A stretch of DNA of 64,000 nt, taken from contig CAVZVA010000010.1 of assembly GCA_963778655.1 (NCBI GenBank), positions 1,216,001 through 1,280,000 of the forward strand, read 5' to 3'. A program made the position numbers and the translations under genes. This document shows, one piece after another, positions 9,777 through 20,973 of the stretch (positions are counted from its first letter, which is position 1; every line of letters begins with the position of its first letter). The stretch is from an uncultured delta proteobacterium (lineage in GTDB: Bacteria > Myxococcota_A > Polyangia > Polyangiales > JAFGIB01). The notes under the pieces were generated by a model. It searched no databases. It was given only the letters and a program-made list of their open reading frames with translations, and had not been told where the DNA came from.

Positions 9777-12700
9777 TCACTCCGCGGGCGCCGAGCTCTC
9801 GCGCGTGCGCGCGCCCAGCCCGCGCAGCGGCGCCCGCAGCGCTCGGCCTGCGCGGCGCGCGAGCCCGAGCTGCGCCAGATCGTCGAACCAGCTGTAGACC
9901 ACCGGCGTCGCGAGCAGCGTCAGCAGTAGCGACAGCGACTGGCCGCCGATCACCACCGAGCCCATCGCACGGTTGGTGCCGGCGCCGGCGCCGGAGGACA
10001 GCACCATCGGCACCATGCCCGCCACGAACGCCACCGTGGTCATCAGAATCGGCCGCAGCCGGTCGCGGTTGGCGATCATCACTGCGTCGCCGCGCGAGAG
10101 CCCGCGCCTGCGCAGCGCGCGCATGTGATCGACCTGCAAGATGGAGTTCTTCTTGACCACGCCGAACAGGACCAGCACCCCGAGCGTCGAGAAGATGTTG
10201 AGCGACTGGCCGAGCATCAGCAGCGACAGCAGCGCGAAGGGCACCGTCAGCGGCAGCGCGATCAGGATGGTTACCGGATGGATCCAGCTCTCGAACTGCG
10301 CGGCCAGCACCAGGTACATGAAGATCAGCGAGAGCGCGAACGCGAGCGCGAAGCTCTGGCCCGCGCGGCCCAGCTCCTTGGAGCGGCCGGCGAGGCCCAC
10401 CTTGTAGGCCGGCTCCATGTGCAGCGCCTTGCGCGCCTTGTCGATCTGCTGGATGATCGCGGCCTCGGACGCGCCGGGCACGACGTTGGCGTAAATCGTC
10501 ACTTGGCGCTGGCGCGCGAGCCGCAAGATGCTGGCGGGTCCGGTGGAGTCCTCCAGCTTGACCACGTCGCCCAGCGGCACGCTGCGGCCGCCCCTGGCGG
10601 GCACGGTGATACGGCCGATCTTCTCGGCCGTGCTGCGGTAGCCCTCGACCGCGCGCACGCGCACCTCGTACTGCTCGCCGCCCTCGTCGTAGGTCGAGAC
10701 CTGCAGCCCGCCGACCAGCGCGCGCAGCGTGGCGGCCACGTCGACCACGCGCACCCCGAGGTCGGCGGCGCGCGCGCGGTCCACGCGCACAAGGTACTCG
10801 GGCTTGCCCAGCACCAGCGTGGTGTTGGCATCGACCACGCCCGGGATCTTCTCCACCGCGGCCAGCAGGCGCTGCGAGTACTCGGCGAGCTTGTCGATCT
10901 CGGGCCCGCTAAGCCGGTATTGGATGGTGGCGGCGTCGGCATTGCTGCCGCCGAAGGCGTTGACCGGCGAGACCTGTACGTGCAGCTTGCGCTGCTTGAC
11001 GTAGGCCGGCAGCACTTGCTTGCGGATGCGCCCCATCACCACCTGCTGGTCGTCCTTGCGCTGGTCGGGCGGGGTGAGCGCGACGAAGATCGAGGCTTCG
11101 TTGGGGCCGCGGCCATTGATGTCGCCCGGTGCGCTGCCCACCGTGACCACGGTGTGTCGCACCTCGGGCATGTCCCGGATGTCGCGCGCGATGCGCTCCG
11201 CGACCAGCCCGGTCTCGGCCAGCGAGGTGCCTTCGGGCGCGCGCACGAACACGTCGAAGCGCGACTCGTCGTCGAAGGGCAGGAAGTTCTTGGCCACCGC
11301 GCGCGCCAGCGGCACGATCGACAACAGCGCCGCGCCGATCAGCACGCCCGCGATCCAGCGCCGCTCCATCAGCAGCGCCAGCAGCCGGACGTAGCCGCGC
11401 TCGAGCGCCGCGTTGAAGCGCCCGCCTGCGCCCTCGGCGGCCTGGGCGAAGTGGCGCGCTTGTCCGCTGCGCCATTCCCGATAGCGCGCCTTCTCCTCGC
11501 TGCGCGGCTCGGGCGGTGGGTCCCAGGCCACCACCTCGTCGTCCTTGGCCAGCGGCGGCGGAGGCACGCTATTGGGGTCGGGCGCGTGCGCCGGCGCGGC
11601 CTTGAGCCAGCGCGCGGCCAGCATCGGGGTAAGGGTGAACGAGACCAGCAGCGAGACCATGATCGAGAACGCCATGGTCAGGCCGAACGACTCCATGAAG
11701 CGTCCGACGATGCCGCCCATGAACGCCACCGGCAGAAACACCGCCACCAGCGACAGCGTGGTCGCCAGCACCGCCAGCCCGATCTCCCGGGTCGCCAGCA
11801 CCGCCGCCTTGCGCGGCGCCATCCCGCGCTCCTCGATGAAGCGGTAGATGTTCTCCAGCACCACGATCGCGTCGTCGATCACGATCCCGACCGCCAGCGT
11901 CAGCGCCAGCAGCGTCAGCGTGTTGAGCGTGAGCTTCATCGCGTAGACGAAGGAGAAGGTGGAGATGATCGAGGCGGGTATGGCCAGCCCGCTGATCACG
12001 GTGGAGCGCGCGTTCCACAGGAACAAGAACACCACCAGCGCCGCCAGCAATGCGCCCAGCACCAGGTGCTCCTTGACCGCGGCGATCGCGTTGCGACTGA
12101 ACTCACTCTCGTCGCGCACGATCCGCAGCCGATAACTCGGCGGCAGCTCGGGCTCGATCTCGGCGACCCGTTCGCGCAGCGCGTCCACCACCTTGACCGT
12201 GTTGGTGCCGGTCTGCTTGCGTACGGCGATGACCACCACCGGCTTGCCGTCGTAGCGCGCGACCGAGCCGGCGTCGGCCTGCGAGTCGCTGACCTGCGCC
12301 ACGTCGCTCAGGTGCAGGATGCGGTCGCCGCGCTCGGCGACCGCGAGGTCTGCCAGCTCGGCGATGCTCTGCGCCCGACCCTGCACCCGCAGCTCGCGCG
12401 TGCGCGGGCCCTGCTCGACCGCGCCGCCCGGAACCTCGACGTTCTCGTTCGCGATCGCGTGCTGCACGTCGAGCACGGTCAGGCCCACGCTCTGCAGGCG
12501 CATCGGGTCGACGGTGACGTGGATCTCGCGCTTGCGTCCGCCCAGAATGGTCACTCCGCCCACGCCGCCCAGCGACTCCAGCCTGCGCCGGACGTGCTTG
12601 TCGGCGTACTCGGTCAGCTCGCGCACGCTGCCCTTGCCCGACAGCGCCAGCAGCATGATCGGCGCGGCGTCGGGGTCGAAGCGCTCCACCCGTGGTTGGT

Positions 12701-13073
12701 CCACGTCCTTGGGCAGCAGCGGCAGCGTACGGTTGACGCGGTCGCGCACCTCCTGCGCGGCGACATCGGTGTTCTTCTCGAGCGCGAACTGAACCACCAC
12801 CAGCGACAGCCCGTCGAGCGAGACCGAGCGCAGCTCCTCGATGCCCTCGATGCTGTTGATCGACTCCTCGAGCTTGTCGCTGACCTCGCTCTCCATCTGC
12901 TCGGGGCTGGCGCCGGGCAGCGAGGTCGCGACCATCACCATCGGAAACTCGATGTTGGGATAGCGATCGACGCCGAGCCGCAGCGCGCTGAAGGCGCCCA
13001 CCACCACCAGCGAGAGCACGATCACCCAGGTGAAGACCGGGCGGCGCACACAGATTGCGGCTAGCCACTGCAT
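9777..13073 (-). CDS. RND efflux transporter permease (AcrB/AcrD/AcrF family)
   Basis: RRPV N-terminus, [23 protein letters not shown]. Confidence 0.95.
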   Translation of the reverse strand: MQWLAAICVRRPVFTWVIVLSLVVVGAFSALRLGVDRYPNIEFPMVMVATSLPGASPEQMESEVSDKLEESINSIEGIEELRSVSLDGLSLVVVQFALEKNTDVAAQEVRDRVNRTLPLLPKDVDQPRVERFDPDAAPIMLLALSGKGSVRELTEYADKHVRRRLESLGGVGGVTILGGRKREIHVTVDPMRLQSVGLTVLDVQHAIANENVEVPGGAVEQGPRTRELRVQGRAQSIAELADLAVAERGDRILHLSDVAQVSDSQADAGSVARYDGKPVVVIAVRKQTGTNTVKVVDALRERVAEIEPELPPSYRLRIVRDESEFSRNAIAAVKEHLVLGALLAALVVFLFLWNARSTVISGLAIPASIISTFSFVYAMKLTLNTLTLLALTLAVGIVIDDAIVVLENIYRFIEERGMAPRKAAVLATREIGLAVLATTLSLVAVFLPVAFMGGIVGRFMESFGLTMAFSIMVSLLVSFTLTPMLAARWLKAAPAHAPDPNSVPPPPLAKDDEVVAWDPPPEPRSEEKARYREWRSGQARHFAQAAEGAGGRFNAALERGYVRLLALLMERRWIAGVLIGAALLSIVPLARAVAKNFLPFDDESRFDVFVRAPEGTSLAETGLVAERIARDIRDMPEVRHTVVTVGSAPGDINGRGPNEASIFVALTPPDQRKDDQQVVMGRIRKQVLPAYVKQRKLHVQVSPVNAFGGSNADAATIQYRLSGPEIDKLAEYSQRLLAAVEKIPGVVDANTTLVLGKPEYLVRVDRARAADLGVRVVDVAATLRALVGGLQVSTYDEGGEQYEVRVRAVEGYRSTAEKIGRITVPARGGRSVPLGDVVKLEDSTGPASILRLARQRQVTIYANVVPGASEAAIIQQIDKARKALHMEPAYKVGLAGRSKELGRAGQSFALAFALSLIFMYLVLAAQFESWIHPVTILIALPLTVPFALLSLLMLGQSLNIFSTLGVLVLFGVVKKNSILQVDHMRALRRRGLSRGDAVMIANRDRLRPILMTTVAFVAGMVPMVLSSGAGAGTNRAMGSVVIGGQSLSLLLTLLATPVVYSWFDDLAQLGLARRAGRALRAPLRGLGARTRESSAPAE

Positions 13074-13087
13074 CGAATCGTCCGGTG

Positions 13088-14314
13088 CTAATCGCTGACT
13101 TCCTGGCCGTCCGAGAGCCGATCGAGCGCGGAAGTGGCGACGCGCTCGGCGGGCTGCAGGCCCTGGTCGACCAGCACCGAGTCGCCCTCGTCGCCGACCA
13201 CCGCCAGCACGCGCTCCTCGACGCGGTGGCCGACCACCACGAAGGCGCGCCGCGTGCCGCCCAGCTCGAGCACCGCCGCGCGCGGCACCGAAACCAGCTC
13301 GCGCTGGCCGCCTATCAGGATGCGCGCCTGCACGAACAGCCCGGGGCGCAGCGTGCCCTCCGCGTTGGGCACCACCGCCTCCACGGTCAGCGCGCGGCTC
13401 TGCTTGGCGACCGACACCCCCACGTAGCGTAGCGTGCCGTCGAACACTCGCCCCGGATAGGCATCGACGCGCACCTGCACCCGTTGGCCTTCGTGGACGC
13501 GCGCGATCTCGGCTTGCGGGATCTCGAGCTCCAGGCGCAGCGGGTCGGTTCGCACCAGCGTGGCCACCGCTTGCTGGGCGTTGACGTACTCGCCCACGCT
13601 GACGTGACGCTGCGCGACCTCGCCAGCGAACGGTGAGCGCACGGTCGAGTCGGCGACGTTGCGCCGGGCTTGCTCCAGCGTGAGCTCGGCGTTCTTGAGC
13701 GCGAGCCAGGAGCCGCGCACGCCGTTGAGCGTGGCCTCGTACTGCTCGCGCGCCGCGGCCGCACGCTGGCGCGCCGACTCCAGATCGGCCGCGCTCACCG
13801 CCCCGCTCTGCGACAGCGCCTCGGCGCGGGTGGCGGCGTCCTCGGCCAGCTTGCGGTTGGCGTCAGCCGCGCGCACGTCCGCGGCCTGGCTCGGGTCGAA
13901 GCCGGCCTCGTCGCCCGGCGCGATACCCAGCCGCGCGCGCGCCTGCTGCAGCGCGGCGCGCGCGGATTCCGCGCTGGTGCGGTAGTCGACGCTGCGCAGC
14001 TGCACCAGCGGGTCGCCTTCCTTCACCTTGCTGCCGCGCTCGACGAACACCCGCGCCACGCGTCCGGCCACCAGCGGGGTCACGCGCGATTCCTCGTCCG
14101 CCAGCAGGCTGGCGCTCAGCTCGAGCGTGTCGGGCAGCTCGCGGCGCTCGACGACCACCGTCTTGACCGCGATCGGGGTCGCTGCCTTGCCCGCGCCCTG
14201 CGCGGCCGGCGCCGCCTGCCCGCGCCCACAGCCCAGCGCCAGCCCGGTCACAGCGGCGGCCGCCAGGCCCCGCCACGCCTCACTGCGGCGCACACCTTCG
14301 AGCTGCCAGGCCAT
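13088..14314 (-). CDS. RND efflux periplasmic adaptor (membrane fusion protein)
   Basis: Lipobox-like [30 protein letters not shown]; directly upstream of the RND gene. Confidence 0.92.
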   Translation of the reverse strand: MAWQLEGVRRSEAWRGLAAAAVTGLALGCGRGQAAPAAQGAGKAATPIAVKTVVVERRELPDTLELSASLLADEESRVTPLVAGRVARVFVERGSKVKEGDPLVQLRSVDYRTSAESARAALQQARARLGIAPGDEAGFDPSQAADVRAADANRKLAEDAATRAEALSQSGAVSAADLESARQRAAAAREQYEATLNGVRGSWLALKNAELTLEQARRNVADSTVRSPFAGEVAQRHVSVGEYVNAQQAVATLVRTDPLRLELEIPQAEIARVHEGQRVQVRVDAYPGRVFDGTLRYVGVSVAKQSRALTVEAVVPNAEGTLRPGLFVQARILIGGQRELVSVPRAAVLELGGTRRAFVVVGHRVEERVLAVVGDEGDSVLVDQGLQPAERVATSALDRLSDGQEVSD

Positions 14315-14489
14315 CAGACCATCCTTCCGTACGCACCCTGATAGGGTCAGCGCGCGAACACCGTCCAGCGTGCTCGACGTCGCACACCAGCTGCTGCGGT
14401 GCGCGCCGCGCTTACTCCGCGCCGATCGCGCCTGATCCGCGGCTTGGTGTTGCAGACGGCCGGCGCCTTGTCCACCAGCCGCCTTCCGG

Positions 14490-14614
14490 CGCGCCGACTC
14501 CCTGTGCGCGAGGCAAAGCCTCGCGCATTCACCCTCTCGCGGTGGTGCGGCATCCGCCGCACCGCTACATAACCGATCGGCATGGCCGTTCCCGAATCGT
14601 GATCGATCATCTAG
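14490..14614 (+). mobile_element. Truncated copy (right part) of a MITE-like element
   Basis: 125-bp near-identical direct repeat of 17099..17223, ending in CTAG. Confidence 0.75.
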
Positions 14615-14630
14615 CCCCAGACGCCGCGGC

Positions 14631-16031
14631 TCACTCTGGCCCGGCGCTCAGCGCCAGCGGTGGGTGGCTGAGCTGCAGCTGCAGCGCCTCGATCGGCACG
14701 CGGGCGGTGAGGTGTACCCAAAGCAGCAGCACGCCCGCCACGGCAAGCAGGCCTACCGCGAGCGCGAGCCAGACGCCGACCAGACCGAGCCCGGCGTGGA
14801 ATCCCAGCAGGTAGGCCAGCGGCAGCGCGAGCACGTAGTAGCCGAGCAGGTTGGCCAGCGCCGCCACGTACGGGCGGCCCATGCCGCGCAACACGCCGCC
14901 GGCCACCACCTGGGTGCCGTCGGCGAGCTGAAACGCGCCCGCGATCGGCAGGATGTGCGCGGCCAGCGGCAGCAGCGCCGGGTCGTCGGTGTACAGCCGC
15001 GGCAGCTGCTCGCGCAGTAGCACGAACGCGGCGGCCGCGAACACCATCGTGGACGCGCCCAGCACCAGCGCGGCGCGCACCGCGCGGCGCATGGCTGGCT
15101 GGTCGCCCGCGCCGACCAGATTGCCCACACGGGTGGCCGCGCCGAACGAGATCCCCATCGGCAGCATGAACGACAGCGCGGCCATGTTGAGCACGATCTG
15201 ATGGCTGCCGATCGCGGCCACGCCGATCCAGCCCGCCATGAAGGTGGCCAGCGTGAAGGCCCAGGCCTCGAGCGACATCTGTGCGCCGATCGGTAGGCCC
15301 AGTCGCAGTGTCTGCAGCAAGCCGCTCGGCGAGCACGATGCGGCGTCCCAGCGCCGCGGCGCGTGGGCCGCTGCGGGCAGCGCGCGCAGCACCGCCCACA
15401 GCCCGATCAGCAAGCACGCCACGCTAATCGTGCCGGCGATCGCGGCGCCGCTCAGCCCCAGCGCCGGTGCGCCGAGATGGCCGAAGATCAGCGCCCAATC
15501 GAGCACGCCGTTGAGCGCGGCCTCCGCGTACGCGACCACGGTCGCCGGCGCCAGCATGCCCCGGCTCTGCAGGTACTGGCGCAGCGCGGTATACGCGAGA
15601 AAACACGGGATGGTGGGCAGCTTGAGCAGGTTGTAGCGCTGGGCGAGCTCGGCCACCTCGGCGGGCTGGCCCAGTAGGCGTAGGCCCGGGCCGGTGAGCG
15701 CCTGGCACAGGCACAGCGGCACGCTCGCCAGCAGCGCGATCAGCAGGCCGCGCTGCAGCGCGAGCGTCGCGGCCGGCGAGTCGCCGCGCCCGTGGGCCTG
15801 GCTGATCAACGGGTCGATGCCCATCACCGCGCCCACGCCGATCGACATGAAGCTCCACTGCCACATGCTGCCGAGCGCGCTGGCCGCCAGCGAGTCCACG
15901 CCCACGCGTGCCAGCATCAGCGCGTCGAACACGCCCGACAGCATCAGCCCCAGCTGGGCCACGGTGGCAGGCCAGGCCAGGCGCAGCAGGGCGCGATATT
16001 CGGACCCGAGCTGTGAGGGGGTCGAGACCAC
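14631..16031 (-). CDS. MATE family efflux transporter (NorM-like)
   Basis: LLRLAWP, D..MLARVG..LAA, LGLPIG, TRVGNLVGAG, D..Q....GVLRG; start approximate. Confidence 0.9.
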   Translation of the reverse strand: MVSTPSQLGSEYRALLRLAWPATVAQLGLMLSGVFDALMLARVGVDSLAASALGSMWQWSFMSIGVGAVMGIDPLISQAHGRGDSPAATLALQRGLLIALLASVPLCLCQALTGPGLRLLGQPAEVAELAQRYNLLKLPTIPCFLAYTALRQYLQSRGMLAPATVVAYAEAALNGVLDWALIFGHLGAPALGLSGAAIAGTISVACLLIGLWAVLRALPAAAHAPRRWDAASCSPSGLLQTLRLGLPIGAQMSLEAWAFTLATFMAGWIGVAAIGSHQIVLNMAALSFMLPMGISFGAATRVGNLVGAGDQPAMRRAVRAALVLGASTMVFAAAAFVLLREQLPRLYTDDPALLPLAAHILPIAGAFQLADGTQVVAGGVLRGMGRPYVAALANLLGYYVLALPLAYLLGFHAGLGLVGVWLALAVGLLAVAGVLLLWVHLTARVPIEALQLQLSHPPLALSAGPE

Positions 16032-16192
16032 GGCTGCGACCGGGTAGCATGCCAGCCGGCTCACGGCACGGCGCGGGTTCGGCCGCCCCATCTGGGGCAA
16101 ATTGCCACCGGGGAACCGGACCGCGGCGAACGCGAGCCAGGCAGCACACCCGTTGCGGCGTGTCATTTCGCGGTGCGGCGCGCCGCGCCGGG

Positions 16193-16208
16193 TGGCACGC
16201 GGGCTGCA
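16193..16208 (+). promoter_or_regulatory. Putative sigma54 (-24/-12) promoter upstream of the OmpA/Pal-like gene
   Basis: TGGCACGCGGGCTGCA with GG-N10-GC spacing. Confidence 0.5.
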
Positions 16209-16267
16209 ACGTGTGCGCGCGTCGTCCCCGGCCCCCGAGGGCGCCGGGCTCACCCAGGAGACCTGCT

Positions 16268-16795
16268 ATGACTCAGCTCGGCCTTTCCAAACGCGGCGCC
16301 CGCGGCGGCTGGCGCTCCGTGATGACCTCGGTCGCCGTGCTCGCGGCGGCCGGCTGTGGCGCGGCCGCGGCGCCTGTCGCGCGGCCTCCAGCTACGGCGC
16401 AGGCCGCGCCCGCGCCCATCGCCAGCGCGTCCGCGCCCGCGGCCCCCGCGCCGCCGGGCGACAGTGGCGCGTGCGCGCCCGAGCCCGTTCACTTCGCCTA
16501 TGACTCGAGCACGCTCGACGACCGGGCGCGCACGCAGCTGCAAGGCGACGCGCGCTGCGCCAACGGCGCGCACAGTGCCAAGGTGGAGGTGACGGGCATG
16601 ACCGATCCGCGCGGCACCGACGAGTACAACCTCGCGCTGGGCGACCGCCGTGCGCGCGAGGTCAGTAAGTATCTCGGCTCGCTCGGCGTGGACAAAGCGC
16701 GACTGAGCCCGCGTTCGGTGGGCAAGGAATACGCGACCGGCACCGACGAGGGCGGTTGGGCGCAGGACCGCCGCGCCGAGGTCGCGCTGCAGTAG
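16268..16795 (+). CDS. OmpA/Pal-like peptidoglycan-associated lipoprotein
   Basis: Lipobox LAAAGC; VHFAYDSS, GMTDPRGTDEYNLALGDRRA, DRRAE. Confidence 0.88.
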   Translation: MTQLGLSKRGARGGWRSVMTSVAVLAAAGCGAAAAPVARPPATAQAAPAPIASASAPAAPAPPGDSGACAPEPVHFAYDSSTLDDRARTQLQGDARCANGAHSAKVEVTGMTDPRGTDEYNLALGDRRAREVSKYLGSLGVDKARLSPRSVGKEYATGTDEGGWAQDRRAEVALQ

Positions 16796-16838
16796 ACCCG
16801 CGGCCCGTTTCGAGGTCTCGGCCGACAGACCTCATGAA

Positions 16839-16976
16839 ACAGGAAGGCGGGAAGGTTCGACGTCTGCTCGGGGACGGGCCGCCGCAGACAACCAACCCTC
16901 CGGCACCAGCGGGCTCAGGGCCAGCCTCGAGCGCATGATCCACACGTGACGTCTTCCCGTCTTCCCGCTTTTCTGT
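16839..16976. repeat. Octamer-based inverted repeat, copy 3 (long loop)
   Basis: acaggaaggcgggaag ... cttcccgtcttcccgcttttctgt, downstream of the Pal-like gene. Confidence 0.65.
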
Positions 16977-17031
16977 AGTCCCGAATGCAAAACCGCCGGA
17001 GCGGCGGGCATCGACAATCGCGGGCCGCGTT

Positions 17032-17223
17032 CCAAATCAGGGCTCGCGATTCGGGATCGAATCACAAACTCTGATTTCTCCTTTGATTGTCAGGGAGTCG
17101 CGCCGACTCCCTGTGCGCGAGGCAAAGCCTCGCGCATCCACCCACTCGCGGTGGTGCGACATCCGCCGCACCGCTACATGACCGATCGGCATGGCCGTTC
17201 CCGAATCGTGATCGGTCATTTAG
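17032..17223 (+). mobile_element. MITE-like non-autonomous element with imperfect terminal inverted repeats
   Basis: Left end ccaaatcagggctcgcgattcggga versus reverse complement of right end ctaaatgaccgatcacgattcggga (19/25 by hand); several internal hairpins; second partial copy at 14490. Confidence 0.65.
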
Positions 17224-17232
17224 GATCAGGGC

Positions 17233-18627
17233 ATGGCAGGGGAGACTCGGGTAGAGCGCGATTCGATGGGCGAGGTCGAGGTGCCGGCCGATCGCTACTA
17301 CGGCGCGCAAACCGCCCGCTCGCTGCGGTGCTTTCCGATCGGGAGCGAGCGCATTCCGCAGGAGCTGATCCGCGCGCTCGGCCTGATCAAGAAAGCCGCC
17401 GCGCTGGTCAACTCTGAGCTCGGCTTGCTCGACGCCGAGCTCGCCGCGCTGATCTGCCGCGCCGCCGACGAGGTGATCGACGGCAAGCTGCAGGCGCACT
17501 TTCCGCTCGTGGTGTGGCAGACCGGCTCGGGCACGCACACCAACATGAACGTCAACGAGGTGATCGCCAACCGCGCGATCGAGCTCGCCGGCGGCGTGCT
17601 CGGCAGCAAGCAGCCGGTGCATCCCAATGACCACGTCAACATGGGCCAGTCGTCCAACGACGCGTTTCCGACCGCGATGCACATGGCCGCGGTCGAGCAG
17701 ATCGAGGACCAGCTGCTGCCGCGCGTCGCCCGCTTGCGCGACACGCTGCACGACAAGAGCCTGGCCTTTGCCGAGATCGTCAAGCTGGGCCGCACGCACC
17801 TGCAGGACGCGACCCCGCTCACGTTGGGGCAGGAGATCTCCGGTTGGGTCGCGCAGCTCGACAACGCGCGCAAGACGATCGAGGCGAGCCTGCCGCAGGT
17901 GCGCGAGATCGCGCTGGGCGGCACCGCGGTGGGGACCGGGCTGAACACCCATCCGCGCTTCGCGGCGCTGGCCGCAGCGAAGCTGAGCGAGCTGAGCGGA
18001 CATGCCTTCGTGAGCGCGCCCAACAAGTTTGCGGCGCTGGCGGGCCACGACGCGCTGGTGGCCGCAAGCGGTGCGCTCAAGCAGCTCGCGGTCGCGTGCA
18101 TGAAGCTGGCCAACGACGTGCGCTGGCTGGCCTCGGGGCCGCGCGCAGGTATCGGGGAGCTGAGCCTGCCGCAGAACGAGCCCGGCAGCTCGATCATGCC
18201 CGGAAAGGTCAACCCGAGCCAGTGCGAGGCGCTGACCATGGTGTGCTGTCAGGTGCTCGGCAACGACGCCGCGATCGGCTTCGCCGGCAGCCAGGGCAAC
18301 TTCGAGCTCAACGTGTACAAGCCGCTGATCGCGCACGCGCTGCTGCGGTCGATCAGGCTGCTGGGCGACGCCTGCGAGAGCTTCGAGCTACGCTGTGCGC
18401 GCGGCATCGAGCCTCGGCGCGACGTGATCGCCAAGCACCTGCGCGATTCGCTGATGCTGGTCACGGCGCTCAGCCCGAGCCTCGGCTACGACCGCGCCGC
18501 CCAGATCGCCAAGCACGCCTATCAGCACGGCACCACCCTGCGGCAGGCCGCGATCGCGCTCGGCCTGATGACGGGCGAGGCTTTCGACGCGGCGGTGCGT
18601 CCGGAAAAGATGATCGGCCCGAGCTGA
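17233..18627 (+). CDS. fumC: Class II fumarate hydratase
   Basis: [41 protein letters not shown]. Confidence 0.97.
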   Translation: MAGETRVERDSMGEVEVPADRYYGAQTARSLRCFPIGSERIPQELIRALGLIKKAAALVNSELGLLDAELAALICRAADEVIDGKLQAHFPLVVWQTGSGTHTNMNVNEVIANRAIELAGGVLGSKQPVHPNDHVNMGQSSNDAFPTAMHMAAVEQIEDQLLPRVARLRDTLHDKSLAFAEIVKLGRTHLQDATPLTLGQEISGWVAQLDNARKTIEASLPQVREIALGGTAVGTGLNTHPRFAALAAAKLSELSGHAFVSAPNKFAALAGHDALVAASGALKQLAVACMKLANDVRWLASGPRAGIGELSLPQNEPGSSIMPGKVNPSQCEALTMVCCQVLGNDAAIGFAGSQGNFELNVYKPLIAHALLRSIRLLGDACESFELRCARGIEPRRDVIAKHLRDSLMLVTALSPSLGYDRAAQIAKHAYQHGTTLRQAAIALGLMTGEAFDAAVRPEKMIGPS

Positions 18628-18634
18628 GGTGTGC

Positions 18635-20095
18635 TCACCTCACCCCGCGCGGCCAAGGCGCACGCGCGTGCGCCTCGGTGCCGGTGGCGCGCAGCACGTA
18701 CGGGCGCAGCGCCGGCAGCGGATCGAGTGCCTGCAGGCCGAGGAACAGCCCGAAGTGCAGGTGCGCCGCCGATGCGTGTACGCCGGTGCGGCCGACCCAG
18801 CCGATCAGCTCGCCGCGGCGCACGTTCTGCCCGGTGCGCACGCGATATCCGCTCAGGTGCGCATACAGCGATTCCAGGCCGCCAGGGTGGCGCACGCGCA
18901 CGAACACCCCGCGGGGGCCCATCGCGCCCGGCGGCTCGGAATGCGCGTGCTCCGGATCCATGGCGATCAGCCCGTGCTCGCGCAGGTCGACCCCCGCGAA
19001 GCTGATCACCCCGGGCGCGACCGCCCGCACCGGCTCGCCCTCGGCCGCGGCCAGGTCGATGCCGGCGTGCTTGCGCTTGCCGCCGTCGCGCGGGTCGCCC
19101 ATCACGCCGATCACCAGGCGCGGGGCGCCGTCGAGCGGGCTCGAGAACGCGGTTCCGCCCAGGTGGCCGCCCGGCGCGCTGGAGTAGGGCGCGTAATAGA
19201 ACAGGAGCCTGCGGCGGGCGGTCAGGATCTGGTCCTCGGGAAACTCGCCGCGCACGTGATCACCCCACACGAAGTGCGAGACCGGGCTGCGGTGCGGCAC
19301 GGACTCGAACGCGGTGTCGATCGCCGGGCACTGCTGCTCGAACACGCGCAACAGCGCGGCCGCGAAGTACACGTTCGGCCCCGGGTGCCGCAGCGCGCGT
19401 GGCGTGAACGCGAAGCGCTCGACCGGCAGCTGCGCGCGGTAGTAGCCGCCGCGCCCGTTGGGGTGCCCGTAGTGCAACACGCCGTGCTCGATCTGCGCCT
19501 GGAACATCACCGGGCTGATGCGCGCGAGCCCGATGCCGTAAGCGTCGTCGCGCGCCGGGTCGCAGCGGCTCTGGTGATAGACCAGCGCGGCGAGCAGGAA
19601 CGGGTCCACGCCGAAGTGCACGCTCGCATCGAGCAGCAGCGCGGAGAGCGCGGCGGCGTCGCTGCCGGCGGGGCACAGCTCGGAGAGGGCCCGCGCGAAG
19701 CCTTCGCCCGATACGGGGGCAGGCGAGGGCGGCTCCGGCGGCCAGGGCTCCGAGGGCAGCGCCCCGCGCCCGCGCGGGCGCAAGCCCAGCCGGCGCGCCT
19801 CCTGCATCGACAGCAGCGGCCCGTGCGCGCCGGCGTCGGTCGCCAGCGCCGAAGCGGGCGCGGGCGGCTCGAGCACCAGGCCGGGACGGTGCCGCGGTGC
19901 CCAGGGCTCGACGCGGTGCAGCCGCCGCGCGTGCGCCAACGCCTGCGCTTGCAGCGCGGCCGGCGCTTGGGGTTGCGCCCACAGCGCCCCGGCGGCGAAC
20001 AGCAGCGCGCCCGCGCACAGCGCGAGCCGCCCCGCCGCGTGCGATCGCGGGCGGCGCTTGGGCGGTCGGTACGGGCTCAGGGTCACCTCGGACAC
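18635..20095 (-). CDS. M23 peptidase with N-terminal transglycosylase SLT-like domain
   Basis: Signal-like N-terminus; GVDPFLLAALVYHQS (SLT-like); HAGID, YAHL, HLHF M23 motifs; start approximate. Confidence 0.85.
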   Translation of the reverse strand: MSEVTLSPYRPPKRRPRSHAAGRLALCAGALLFAAGALWAQPQAPAALQAQALAHARRLHRVEPWAPRHRPGLVLEPPAPASALATDAGAHGPLLSMQEARRLGLRPRGRGALPSEPWPPEPPSPAPVSGEGFARALSELCPAGSDAAALSALLLDASVHFGVDPFLLAALVYHQSRCDPARDDAYGIGLARISPVMFQAQIEHGVLHYGHPNGRGGYYRAQLPVERFAFTPRALRHPGPNVYFAAALLRVFEQQCPAIDTAFESVPHRSPVSHFVWGDHVRGEFPEDQILTARRRLLFYYAPYSSAPGGHLGGTAFSSPLDGAPRLVIGVMGDPRDGGKRKHAGIDLAAAEGEPVRAVAPGVISFAGVDLREHGLIAMDPEHAHSEPPGAMGPRGVFVRVRHPGGLESLYAHLSGYRVRTGQNVRRGELIGWVGRTGVHASAAHLHFGLFLGLQALDPLPALRPYVLRATGTEAHARAPWPRGVR

Positions 20096-20133
20096 CGTGC
20101 GATCACCACGATCGCGGCAAGAGCAAGCGTGCC

Positions 20134-20973
20134 TCAACACAGGAACGCGGGCAGGTCGAGCTCGAGGCCCGGCCAGCGCGGGGGCGCGGCCAGGCGGGCC
20201 TCGAAGCGTCTGTGATGCTCGGCCGAAAATAGCTCGGCGAAGGCGCCGCGCGTGCCGCGTCGAATGAAGCGGCCGGGCGCGACCGCGTCGGCGGCGCCCG
20301 CGGGCTCTGCCGTCGAGTGATCGAACTTGGCCTCATGGAGCTTCATGAACGCGAAATCGCAGATCGCGCGGAGCCGCTCGCGCGTGCGTGCGTCGGGCGC
20401 GAGCTCGAGAAAGGAGGCGATGCGGTCGATCTCGCGCTCCAGATCCTCGAGCAGGCGCTCGTAACGCACGATCAACACCGAGTGGTCCCCGGCACACCGA
20501 TTCCAGCCCGCGACGTGCTTGAACCACGAGCCGTACTGCAGCTCACCGCGCATGAAGCGCTCGAAGAAGCGCTCGAAGCTTTCGTCCAGTCCCAGGTGCG
20601 AGCGATAGAAGTGGTAATACGATACCAGCACGTCGCGGCCGTCGCGCTGCACGTACAGATAGCGGGCGCCACGCGGGAGCCACGCGCGCGGCAAGTGGCT
20701 CTTGAAGATGCGCGGGCCCGGCAGGGCCGCGAAGTCGCCCGCGCTGCGGCGCCCCAGCGAGAGCGAGCGCTCGAACCAGGGCACCACCTCCGAGATGTGC
20801 GCGAAGTCGAGATCGCCGCCGCTGCGCAGCGCGTGGGCGATGTGCTGCAGCCAGGTGGTTCCGGAGCGCGGATAGCTGCTGATGAAGATGTCGCCCGCGC
20901 GCGCGCGAAACTGGCTCCGCCCGTGCAGGAAGCGCGCGACGCGCAGCGCATCGCCGGCCCCGGCGCCAATCAC
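20134..20973 (-). CDS. PAPS-dependent sulfotransferase (Sulfotransfer_1-like)
   Basis: 5'PSB YPRSGTTW, KSHLP, 3'PB RDGRDVLVSYY, C-terminal FIRRG..G. Confidence 0.9.
   Translation of the reverse strand: MIGAGAGDALRVARFLHGRSQFRARAGDIFISSYPRSGTTWLQHIAHALRSGGDLDFAHISEVVPWFERSLSLGRRSAGDFAALPGPRIFKSHLPRAWLPRGARYLYVQRDGRDVLVSYYHFYRSHLGLDESFERFFERFMRGELQYGSWFKHVAGWNRCAGDHSVLIVRYERLLEDLEREIDRIASFLELAPDARTRERLRAICDFAFMKLHEAKFDHSTAEPAGAADAVAPGRFIRRGTRGAFAELFSAEHHRRFEARLAAPPRWPGLELDLPAFLC

Noticed and set aside
14347..14610. Short paralogous ORFs at 14347-14814 and 17037-17417
   Set aside because: They are translations of the non-coding MITE copies
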